In this document: positions 14,197 to 25,820 of the stretch, piece after piece
How the letters are laid out: each line of letters opens with the position of its first letter
How positions within the stretch are numbered: position 1 is the stretch's first letter
Assembly (NCBI GenBank): GCA_951406725.2
Contig: OX597822.1
Location: 70,804,001 to 70,868,000 of the forward strand
Direction: 5' to 3'
From: Octopus vulgaris
Taxonomy: Eukaryota
DNA length: 64,000 bases
Notes under the pieces: generated by a model
Databases searched by the model: none
Told to the model about the DNA's origin: nothing
What the model saw: the letters and a program-made list of their open reading frames with translations, nothing else
Position numbers and translations under genes: made by a program

Positions 14197-14828
14197 AGAA
14201 ATTTCACATCATAATTTCTTTCTTATTTTTTTTTTTTATTATTTTGTATCTCATGAGGGTCATTATGCCACATGAGTTTACATCAAGAATTTTGAAAACC
14301 AAATTTTATTTTTATTTTTTGATTTATAAAATTTATATAACTTCAGATCATTGTTTCATTGTATTAAACATTTTTATGATAAGAGCTAGGCAACAGATTG
14401 AGGTTATTGGAAAAATTAATGATTTAGATAACTTACAGTGTTTGCGACAATATAATAAATATTAAGCATAACTAAACTGATGTAAATTTAGCTAAAACAA
14501 TATTTGAAGCTAAAGACCTCGTTGTGTACAATATTTCATAATAGCTTTGAGATTTCAATGATGTGACCGTTTATTTTTAGAATGACATTGTAGGGTAGGG
14601 TTGCGACCAGATATGACTGATTTAAATTCTAAATGGTTAAGAATAACTGGAATTCCGGCTGAGCTTATTTCCTTGTGTGCTATGGTTTTTGGTAACAGTC
14701 TTTTGGAAATTGGAGCTTGGGTTATCTTCTTATTTTTCTGAATGTTGTTATTCTCTCCTCTCCACTCACCATCATTGAGCATCTTCATTGCTGTTCTTTT
14801 ATTAGCTCCCTTCTAAATTACAACAGGT

Positions 14829-15048
14829 TACCCCACTAAGCATTCAGATTACTCTGTCAAATGTAATGCTTGTTTATTCACATTGTTTTCAATTAATCCT
14901 ATATTATCTCATAGCTTTGAGACTTTGATGATGTGACTGTTGATTTTTAGAATGACATTGTAGGGTAGGTGAGAGAAGTTGGATCTGTCCAGTTTGAAAA
15001 GGAAAACAGAGAGAATATTTGGGCCAGTTTAAATGCTTGAAGGGTTAA
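14829..15048. mobile_element. piggyBac-like MITE (partial duplicate at 14540-14640)
   Basis: Homologous to 45606-45820; ends gggTTAA. Confidence 0.65.
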
Positions 15049-15170
15049 GAATAACAATGGAACTCGGGATGAGCTTATTTTCTTTAGAAATAAAATATAC
15101 TTTTCAAGCACATGTAACAAGCATGCATGCATACTACTACTACTACTACTGATGATAATAATAATGATTT

Positions 15171-15206
<36 letters not shown>

Positions 15207-15207
15207 T

Positions 15208-15432
15208 GAAAAATATATCCTCTTAAAATTTGAGTTTGTGAAGATTTGGAACATGAAATCTGTAAAGGTTGTGCCTCTGATAATTGGTGCATTAGGGACT
15301 GTAAATAATGACATGGATGAAGGCGATTGGAATGGAATGTTCTTTAGAAAGACGGGTAAAATCATCATCGGAAGGGTTTTGAGCACTTGACAGCTTATTG
15401 AAAATGTGGATACCAAATCCTGAGTCAATTTT
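15208..15432 (+). mobile_element. 3' fragment of a second R4/Dong-clade element
   Basis: EKYILLKFEFVKIWNMKSVKVVPLIIGALGTV...IIGRVLST*, flanked on both sides by (TAA)n. Confidence 0.75.
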
Positions 15433-15475
<43 letters not shown>

Positions 15476-15488
15476 TAATAATAATAAT

Positions 15489-15836
15489 GCAGAAGTAGTG
15501 GGGGAGCATCATAGCTATGTGTTCAGAGGAATTCTTTGGGGTTTGGATAATTCACCTTCGGAAATATGGGTGTTTTGTTCAACATCCTGAAACAACCCTT
15601 ATTCAGGGTCCTTTTGAGCGGGATGGGCTACTCGACTTGAAGAAAATTCTAACTGGGCCTCACCTTCAAGGTCATGCACTGTTTATCTTGATATGAGATC
15701 ATCATGTTGCACACACATGGTTGTGATGCATGTACCCGGTGTACCCTTATCAGAAGGGGTGGTCATGATGGGTATACTGGGCTTTGTATATTTTACCCCA
15801 GCATCAATTCGATGGCATGCACTGCTCTCTCACTCA
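15489..15836 (+). mobile_element. Family C retroposon, 5'-truncated copy
   Basis: Colinear with ~13120-13465. Confidence 0.75.
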
Positions 15837-16490
15837 ATAATAATAATAATAATAATAACAACAACAGCACTGATAGTTTCACTTTTCCCCCCCTCCTTAA
15901 TTTGTTGTTAAGGCATAGTTTAAATATTTCATGTCATGCCCATCATATATATGTTCTTTCCAGTGTTCAATATCACCAAACTGCACAGAATATTAAGAAT
16001 CCAACTACATATATATATATATATAAATATATATATATTTATTAACAATACTAATTGTCTTTTTTTCCTCTCATATAATAGATTTTTTCTCTTGTACATT
16101 ATTATCATCATTATCATCATCATCTCCAATATCATTTGTTTATTTACATCTGACAGAAAATTCTGTCTTTTCAAAGGTAATAACATACATCAGTGTAATT
16201 TCCATTTCCCAAAAGAATTTCTTCGTCGTCGTCTTTTTCCCATTTCGTGGCTGGAAATGTGAATGCTATTTTTAAAATCTTTCTCTGTCTATAGCAGGAG
16301 TAATTATATTATTTTGTTTTGCAGATTAAAACTTTCTCTTCTACTTCTTGTATTTTGAGAAATATTTAGGAGACAAAAGACCCTCTTCTGTTGTTCATGA
16401 GATATTAAGTGACTGCACTTGATACTCTCATTGTCGTCATCAATATCAGTGTTGCTGCTATTATTATTATTACTATTATTATTATTATTA

Positions 16491-16535
<45 letters not shown>

Positions 16536-16645
16536 CCGTCATTTAAATTGTTCCATGTTGTTATTGGTGTGGTAGTCTTCGTTATTGATGTTGTTGTTTT
16601 GGTTGTGGTTGTTGTTGGTGTCGTTATTGTCAGTCTTGTTTCCAA

Positions 16646-16685
<40 letters not shown>

Positions 16686-17624
16686 CTTGTAAAAATAATA
16701 TTAGTACTTTGGAAGTATACAGCACTTCATTCCTTGATCTGCACAAAATAAAGCAACACTGTTGTTATAAACATGCATGTTTAGAAAATATGTCTAATCT
16801 TTTGTTTTTACTTTCCACTAAATTATTAACCAACACTGAGTCTAGTAGTGAAATTAATTTACTTTAATCTCTTTTATTTGTCATTTCTGTGTGTGTTTTC
16901 CACATTAAAATGAATAAAAATAGTAATAATAATAAACTAATCCCTTTAATTCCAACACAAATCTTTGCCTCGTTAGTAATTACTTAATGTTGTTCTTTCT
17001 TGATTGTTTGTTTTTCAACGCAGAATAACTAATTTCACTGAATTTACGTTAACATGCATTTTTTCAGGATATGTCTCTTTCTTTCTTTCTTTCCCCGCCT
17101 TTCCACACTTTGTCTTTTCTTTTCTTTTTTTTTTAACACTTTGATGCTATGTATATTTTTGAGACTTTAAAAAAAAATGAAAAAAAATGAAAAACAGCAT
17201 GTCTTCACTAAACTGTTCATCACTGTGTAGTGTTAAAAGCCTTTTACTTTCTTGCAAGCATTCCTAATGTGATTAACATCGAAAAATAGGTGTGACAACT
17301 TCAGTAGAACGGTAGGAATTACAGGGTCCATGAGGGTATTCGGAGGAAGCTATGTTGCTGTTTATTTTTAGTTAAGACTTTGGCTGAAATATTTGAAGAC
17401 TTTACAACAACAATCAGTACCCAAGCATCTTTTTAATTTGATTCTGCTTCGTACTTTCTGGCACTTTCATTCAGAAGCTGCTTTACTTCCCAGCTAGCCT
17501 TTTACAATTAACATTGAGTGCTATCAATTAATTAAAATTTCTTTTCTAATTTACTGTAGAGCAAGCAATCGATGTTTCTTGTGATAATAGAAATATACAT
17601 TAGCACTTCGATCTACTTATTTCT

Positions 17625-17637
17625 GTATGTGTGTGTG

Positions 17638-17670
<33 letters not shown>

Positions 17671-17898
17671 ATGTATCTATATATATATATGTATCTATGT
17701 ATATATGTGTATGCATATATATGTATATATGTGTATGTGTGTACATATATGTGTATATAATGTATGTATATATATATATATGTACATACATACACACACA
17801 AATACATATATATATGTGTGCGTATGTGTATATATATATGTGTGTGTATACATATATATGTACATACATACATACACAAATACATATATGTGAGTGTG

Positions 17899-17950
<52 letters not shown>
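17625..17950. repeat. (TA)/(TG)/(CA) compound microsatellite
   Basis: Direct reading. Confidence 0.95.
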
Positions 17951-17952
<2 letters not shown>

Positions 17953-18258
17953 CGTTTGTGTCTTGGGGCAAGGGGTGATTGTTAAGTGTTAGTTGTTTCA
18001 AAGAACGCAAAAGATCAATTTTTTTTTTCTCCCCGTCCATTTAGAAGTCTTACTGACAAGCAATAGTTTTTGATAACCCTATCAAGCAGAGTTTGAGGTG
18101 GGGGAGGGGAAGGGTTTGAAAAGAAAGAAAATCTACAAATAACCGGGAAAAAAAAGAAAACAACCCCCTCCTTCTCTGTTCATTTACCTCATCTTCTACA
18201 TTATTGAATGTCCACCTCTAGTTGTATAACGTGCTGTTTCCTTTTTCTCCTCTTGTAG

Positions 18259-18324
18259 TATCGGGGTACTCACGACAATGTGGCCACTCAGCAAAGTGGT
18301 AGCATAACATTCTACGTGAACCAG
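18259..18324 (+). CDS. msn: Candidate alternative (cassette) coding exon of the same gene: YRGTHDNVATQQSGSITFYVNQ
   Basis: Acceptor tttcctttttctcctcttgtag; donor CAG|gtaaac; 66 nt. Only the phase-0 frame is open, matching the phase-0 start of exon 54166. GC is higher than in the flanks, and the surroundings are repeat-poor. No homology recognised. Confidence 0.6.
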
Positions 18325-21300
18325 GTAAACTTACTTTAAGGCTGCTCAACCTACCCTGACCTTTAGTACTTAACATTAGCTAAGTGCCACAATTTTTTTT
18401 AAAATCTGACCATCCCTCTACCCCCCCACCCCAACTCGTTATAAATTCTACCTTAAATTTAATAATTTCAAACATTTTCTTGGGCTGTTTTTTTTTTCTT
18501 TTTTTGTTTGCTACATTGGTGTGAAGCTGGGGATGAAAAAAATCCATCAAATTCAGGCTGAATTTGATTATAAGATAGAAAATCTAATTTCTTTTTTTTT
18601 TTTTTTATTTTTTTAGTTAATTTTCCTTTCATCTGGAAATTATATTCCATTCACTTCCATTATAATGTTATTTAATTATCTTGTTTAATTATTCATTTAT
18701 TCGTTAAGAAAAATATGTGTGTTTGATGTCTATCATAATAGCGTTTCTGCTATACTCCATGCGGGTTCCTCTTTTATTTTCTGTTTGCTATTTATATTCA
18801 GATTATTGCTGCTAACTTAGCTATAGCAGCATCAAAGTTAGTCAAAGTTCAATACTGGTTATAGATTTCCCTCTTGTAAAAAAACCCCACCATTTTGTCA
18901 GCTATATATCAAATGGGTATCGTTTTAATGTTTCTTTCCTCTTGTTGTTACTTTCTGCATAACAGAGAGAGATTTATATGTCTTACATAGAACTTGTGGA
19001 AATTATAACTTTCTTGTAATGCAGGCATTGAAAACAGGCTGGCTCCACATGGAAAGTGCTTACTTTTTGAAATTATTCCAAGGCTAGTGTGAAGGGCGTA
19101 AAACAGGCTCCTGTTATTAGATTTTTGAATTTTAAAGCAGTTCTTCTATTGTTGGTTCTCCAAACAGTCTTTAATCTATGTTAAAGAATATTTTCCTGCT
19201 GTCTCCCAGTATCTGTCAACCTTACATTTCTACATTATTGTGAAACTAACATAGGAAATGGACAGTTTTGTAGAGAACACATGGTTATTATGGCTGCTCC
19301 ATACTCTAATTACTAGGAATATTTGATTTAAATAGAAAAGAAAAATTCTGAATATTTTCCTCAACCAACAAGTGTATTAGTTGCAAATGTAGTATTGATT
19401 GCTATATCATAAACATTTTTTCCCTCTATCTAATGTAGGAAATGCAAAATAGAATTTCTATTTTCTCTTATTGCTACTTTCTGTTTTTTTTTTCCTCCTT
19501 GCCATATTTTACTGATGTATATATTTTTTCATATCGTTTTCCACATACACACACATTTTAAATATTTTTTCTATTCCCATTATCTTGTTTCCATGAGAAT
19601 GCATATCTATGCTGGTTGATCTCCATTCTAGGATTAAATGAGATAAAATCAATATATAGATTCTCAACTTACTCCTCTGAGATATTTCATGGTCATATAA
19701 ACAACAACAACTACATCACACAGACACACACAATAACAGAAACCAAACATAAGAAAAATAAGAGGGGTGAGGTGAAGACGGTGCAGGGTGGTGGTCTAGT
19801 TATTGTTAAGTTGCAACTGCATTTAGTGTATTTGGTAGGAAGCTATGTGAAAAGTCTATTTGCAAAAGAAGCAGTTTGCCGATCTTTGCAACTCATATCA
19901 TGTTACAGAATATTTTGCATTAGCTTGTCGTTTGGCTTTTACTTAATAACAAAGTTCATTAATGATCTTATTGATCGATCTATCGATTGCCATTTTAAAA
20001 AAAAAAAAAAAAAATTAAAAAAAATTTTTTTTTTCCTCTTCATTCTTTTCCTAACATAAATATTGGTTTTGGCTACTTAGTTTTTAATAATATTATTTAT
20101 TTTGAAATGCAGTAAATATTGTTGTATGCAACTGACTGGTAACTTGATGCTAAATGCTTCATGTTATACATGTCAACTTTGAGTCAGATTTCTCTGCGGA
20201 TCAGCGCTGGATATGTTTCAACTAAAATCCATGTTATATGCAACTAGTATCAAAACCTTAGAGTGTACATGACCAACAGCACTGCAGTTCTTGAGAACTG
20301 TTTATATGTCAGAAGATTAAACCATACTAAGTTACTTTTGACTATGACAACAAAAATCAACTCTTCATATTTCTCTACTGTTATAAGAAGCAGATTTGTT
20401 GTTGGAATTTTAAAGAAAACATATTCTACTAGTACTGTATTAGTATCAAGTTAGATATGCTGGGTTGATGGTATTTCCCTTCCCTCCCCTCTCTCTCTCT
20501 CTCTCCCTCCCTCTGTCCCTGTATTTATTTGTGCATATGTGTATATATGTAGACACACATTCACATATACCCATATATATACATACTCTCATGTACATGC
20601 TCATGCATACAAGCATATTTAAAGATATATGTACATGTGTGTGTGGCCCTTCCCATCTCTCATTCTGTACTCCCCTCTTTCTCTAATCTCTGCTTTTTGT
20701 TAATTAGTTGCTTCACTTTTGATATTCCGTTCAGGCCATTCATTTTAGGTGTCTCTTTAGGTTAACAATCTGCATCTCGTGTCTCCCAATATTGTTGTCT
20801 ATAACTGTCTCATTAGGTTTAATGCTGTTTGTCTGCTGATGTCTGCTTTATTTTCAAGGACTCACTATCTTTTTCCTAACTCCTTGAGTTAGTCTATCCT
20901 TATTTCTATGAATTACATGTCTTGGTGCCAACTTAAGTTAATAAACCTGTGTCTCTTAGAGATTACAAAAGATGTCCTCAAAATATATCATTGTACTGGC
21001 AATAGCAGAGTTTCTTTTGTTTGCATTCCATTCTAGTTTCCAATTCTAAGGGTCTTACTATTCACCATAGTGAAGTTTAATGCACATGCAACCACACTTC
21101 CAAAGATGTTTATTAGGTTCACTCATCTTCTTTTCGTACACTCATTTAAATCTGTATGGGCATGGTATGTTTCATAATATGTTGGCACCGTGTGTTTTGA
21201 AGCGGTACAATTTCTACAGCAATTAGTAATTGCAGCATCAGAATAGTGTCTAAGTGGTAAACTAACTATTGGGGTAGTTTGCTCTCTGTTGTGATGGTGA

Positions 21301-22017
21301 TTTCCTTGTTGACATGATGTAGTGTCTCTCAGAGAAGTACAGCATCTCTTGGAGTGGTACAATCTCTATTGATATAGAATTTTCTCTACTGGCATGTGTT
21401 TACTACTTTATATTATTTACTCCTTGCCTACACTGCAATAGTACATTATTGTTCATATATTTGTGTGGAAATTGGAGTTAAACATCTTATTACCATTATT
21501 GTCAAAAGATAATAATATCTCGATTAGCTTATAGTATCTGACCATGTTACCTAGTTCCTGTGTAGTTCACTGTAGCTGAGTAACACTTTAAAAATAGGGA
21601 GTGGGGCGCCCTCCACCCAAAATCTCAATTTATCAACAGCTATTGTTAAGTACCATATGGTAAGGGTTTCCAGCAGCACTCTAGCACTCTACCCTCCATG
21701 TAATCTGCATGTCATAGCAACTATGTAACTATTATGTGGTCAGTACATGTGGCTTCTTTTCTAGAAAAACTCATCCTTGTTTCTTTCTTTGTTTTGCTGC
21801 TCAGTGTCCTGGCTGTTGCTGTTTGCTTCCAGTAACATGCTTGCAACATCAGTTTTTATCCTTCCCATTCCCAAGTTGACTTGGTCTTTGTCTGTACGTT
21901 TCCTACCTTACCTGAATAATGACCAATACATCATTCCATTTTATTTATTCTTTTAAATCAAAATTTTGAATAAACATTTGAAAAAAATCGAGAAAGAAAA
22001 AAAAAACATGCAGTTAT

Positions 22018-22057
<40 letters not shown>

Positions 22058-23204
22058 TCATAATTAGAATGTCTTTTTCCTTCTAAATTTTTGCACCAAT
22101 TAAATCACCAGTTACATAAGAAATTCAGCGAAGATCTTTTTTTATTCACAATTTTATTCATTCAACTACAATGCACACATCTCTGTCTTTCCTTTTACTA
22201 TTATTATTATTATTATTATTATAATTATTATTGATAGCAGGAGAATGGGTATGGGTAATTTTTTTTTATATATTACATTATGTTATTTTTATAGCAGTGA
22301 ATTGAAGTTATGCACAGGGCCAGCAATTTTTCATGCAAAGAGGGCAAGTTGATTACGTCGACTGGTTCTTTCTTTTCACTTCTGCCCTCCATCCCCGGAT
22401 TGACAAAATAAAGAACCAATCAGGTACTCTAGCCAATGTGATCAACTTACCCCACCCTTCAAAATTGACAACCATGCACCAAAATTTGAAACCATTGCTG
22501 TTATTATCATTAAAAAATATGCTTCAAAATACCACCAGGAGGGGTAAAAGGAGGAGGAGTATTTAAGAGAAAAAGAAAAACCCAGCAATCTATCACCCAT
22601 TCCATCCATGCCATCCTTACCTCACTGCCACTTGTTGGAGAGAAATGTTGGATTTTTTTTTCTATTCAATGGAAAATATCTTCACTAGTTTTTTTTAATA
22701 CTATTTTATCATGTTTTTTTTTTTATTGGTTTCATTATAATGGCAACTAAACAGAAATATCCAGTCACAGACATACAAAGACCAGAAATGCTAATATTCT
22801 GTTTGGTCTAAAAGAATACTCAATATTCAAAAGTAAAACTTTCTTTTAAGGATCCATGCTTTCTCTCTCTCTCCCTCTCTTTCTTTTCTCTCCTTATTAC
22901 CTCTTCCTCCTTCAAGAAATAATGAAATAATAATAAAAACAAATTTTAATGGATTCTGAAAGGTTATGATAAAATGCCTTAGATTTTCCTCATTTTTTTT
23001 TTTTTCAAAAAAAAAAAAAAAGGAAACAATTTTCTGTAGCTTTTCCATCATTAGTTCTCCTCTCCTTTATTTTTGCTGATGCTTTCTAAATATTTCTCTC
23101 TTTTCTTTCTAAAAATACATAAACACACATAAATATTCCTCTATATTTTCATAAAGCATTAATGATAGTTTCTATTACGTAAGTGGGTATTTTAGGACGG
23201 AGCT

Positions 23205-23435
23205 TTGTTGCTGTTGCTGCTACTATTGCCATTGCTGCTGCTGCTACTACTACTGCTGCTGCTACTACTACTAACACCACCACCACTACTACAGTAGTAG
23301 TAGTAGTAGTAGCTGCTACTAGCACCACCACTACTATTACTACTACTACAGCACCATCACCACCTGTGCTATTAGTTACTGCTGCTACTACTATAACCAC
23401 CATCACTACCATCAGTCATCATCATCATCATCATG
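23205..23435. repeat. Mosaic trinucleotide tract (GCT/ACT/ACC/GTA/CAT)
   Basis: Direct reading; gives the Thr/Ala/Val-rich spurious ORFs. Confidence 0.9.
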
Positions 23436-23689
23436 TTTAGAATAAATTTTAGGCAGCATGGTAATTTGCATATATTCCTTGTTTTGCTTTAATTTCTCAG
23501 TGAGGAGGAGGAACTGCCTTAATTGTTTGGTACTTTCAGGTAGACCAGACAAGTCCAAACCCTGATAATCCACCACTGCAGTGTATAGTGTAGTTTGTAA
23601 TAAATGTTCTCTTGTTATAGCCATTTACTGAGATTGCGCCTGCTCATGCACCAGTAGCTGCACCCTTCTCTTCTGCACCTGTCACATAA

Positions 23690-23754
<65 letters not shown>

Positions 23755-24544
23755 TTATTAAGTTTCAGCATCCTGCCCATGCATCCTAAATGGTAAATGT
23801 TTAAACTAAAATCCTGTCTCTGTCTCTTTCTCTCTCTGCCTTCCTTGTTTTGTGTTAAATTGCTCATATCTCTCTATCATAATAGGTTGCTGACCTTTCC
23901 ATCTACAGCTGCGACTGGCTTAAAGAATGCATCCTTTCAGAACAATGTTCTGAAATTGGAAATGATCACTGTATTCTATATATTTTTAAATGACCAATAT
24001 TCCATCTTCATTGGTTTCATTTATCTATTTACTTATTTATTATATTTCTTCATTCTTTCGTTCATTTATTTATAAATTTATTTATTTATTAGCTGCAAAG
24101 AAATCACATTTTGTTTCAATAGGAATCTTCCAATATAATGGTCCAAGTTTAGGATAGTACCAAAGAGCCATAGTGAATTAGATTTCGTATAGCACATAAA
24201 TAGTCACCTCTTGGCCTTCTAATAAGGAATCTTTAGTACCATCTTCTCACTTAGACCCATTTTCCATAATTTGATATTTTTAGAATGCGTATTTCTAAAA
24301 AAAAAAAAATTAGCGTTCTTTATGTTAACATTCTATTGTGTATATAAGGACAAACTGTTACACAAAATATTAGATGGCACAGTTCGAAAAATTTTTGGAT
24401 ATAACTGAAAATAGTAAGCTGGAAGAATGGTCCTAAGCATTTAGTAACTACATAACAGTATTTACTTTACTTCTAAGTTCAAATCTAGCTGAAGTTAGCT
24501 TTATATCTTTTAATCTTTTGGGACTACACAAGAAGAAATTAATA

Positions 24545-24745
24545 TCATCATCATCATCATTTAATGTCTGTTTTTCCATGCTGGTATGGATGGGACAACT
24601 TGACAGGAGCTGGTAAAGCTGGTAACCACACCAAGTTCCATCGTCTGCTTTGATACATTTTCTCTGACTGGATGCCCTTCCTAATGCCAACCACTTTTCC
24701 AGTGTACTGGGTGTTTTTTGCATGGCACCTGCACCAGTGCTACAT
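24545..24745 (-). mobile_element. 3' part of a SINE with a (GAT)n tail
   Basis: Minus strand reads ggttggcattaggaagggcatccag (V-SINE-like domain)...catggaaaaacagacattaaatgatgatgat. A related piece is at ~26915-27000. Confidence 0.65.
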
Positions 24746-25632
24746 CTATGTGTAATACATGTTATATAAATCAGAGAGAGAGAGAGAGAGCGCACACACC
24801 AATAATATTATATATGAAGGTATGATTGCCACCATAGCCACTACTGTCACAACGATATATAAACCAACCTTGTTAAAATGATACTTGAAATATGAGGTCT
24901 TATGTGGAATTAAAGTAGTGCAACCAGCCATTGGTTGTAATGTTTACCTTGCTTTCATTAATTCTTTTTAGATGTGTGTCATTGCGAGCAGACATAGGCA
25001 CCCTCTTGACTTCTTTATCCTTGACTGTGAAGAACACCCAAAGTTTGAGAGTTGCAGAGAGAGAGAGAGAGAGAGAGGGAAAGAGATTGTTGTACTTACA
25101 TCTGACTGGGACTCCTTCCAGCTAGGTAGACTGGAGCAATGTGGAATGAAGTGTTTTGCTCAACGACAGAATGTACTGCCCTGTCTAGGAATCAAACCCA
25201 TGTACATATGATTATAACCCAAACATCTCGATCACTATGTGCTTTAGTTTATTGTAATTAAGTATGATGATTCTGTAGCATTATCTCTAGGATTTGATAG
25301 AACCAAACTTTAACTGTGAAAGATGGTTGAGAAGCTTTTTCAGAAGCTGGCTTATGTACACCAGGAGTGATGTGCAGGTCTTGGAAACAGACCAAAATCA
25401 AATGCTCAGTCTCTCATGGAAGCGTATCATAATATATGTATGCACATTATATCTTCATTGTAATTCTCTTGTATGCAAACTCTTGTCCGATTCTCAAGGA
25501 GATATTATTTTGTGGAATGGCATAAGTTATCAACTTAACTGAAATAACTTTTCTCTGTAGTCATGAATGCTGGGCAATTGGTAACAGTGAAAGCAAAACA
25601 TGAATGCATATGAACATTAGATATAAGTTATG

Positions 25633-25686
<54 letters not shown>

Positions 25687-25712
25687 TATATGTATATATA
25701 TATATGTATGTG

Positions 25713-25743
<31 letters not shown>

Positions 25744-25766
25744 ATATATATGTTTATATATATATA

Positions 25767-25820
<54 letters not shown>

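Noticed and set aside
21123-21362. Cys/His-rich minus-strand ORF
   Set aside because: No consistent zinc-finger spacing or homology recognised.
23157-23184. Possible microexon before a gtaagt donor
   Set aside because: Candidate lengths of 22 or 10 nt break the frame, and the acceptors are weak.
23501-23688. Exon-like segments (39-nt AG..GT interval; PFTEIAPAHAPVAAP ORF)
   Set aside because: The first begins with TGA and has a weak donor; the second has no donor or other support.
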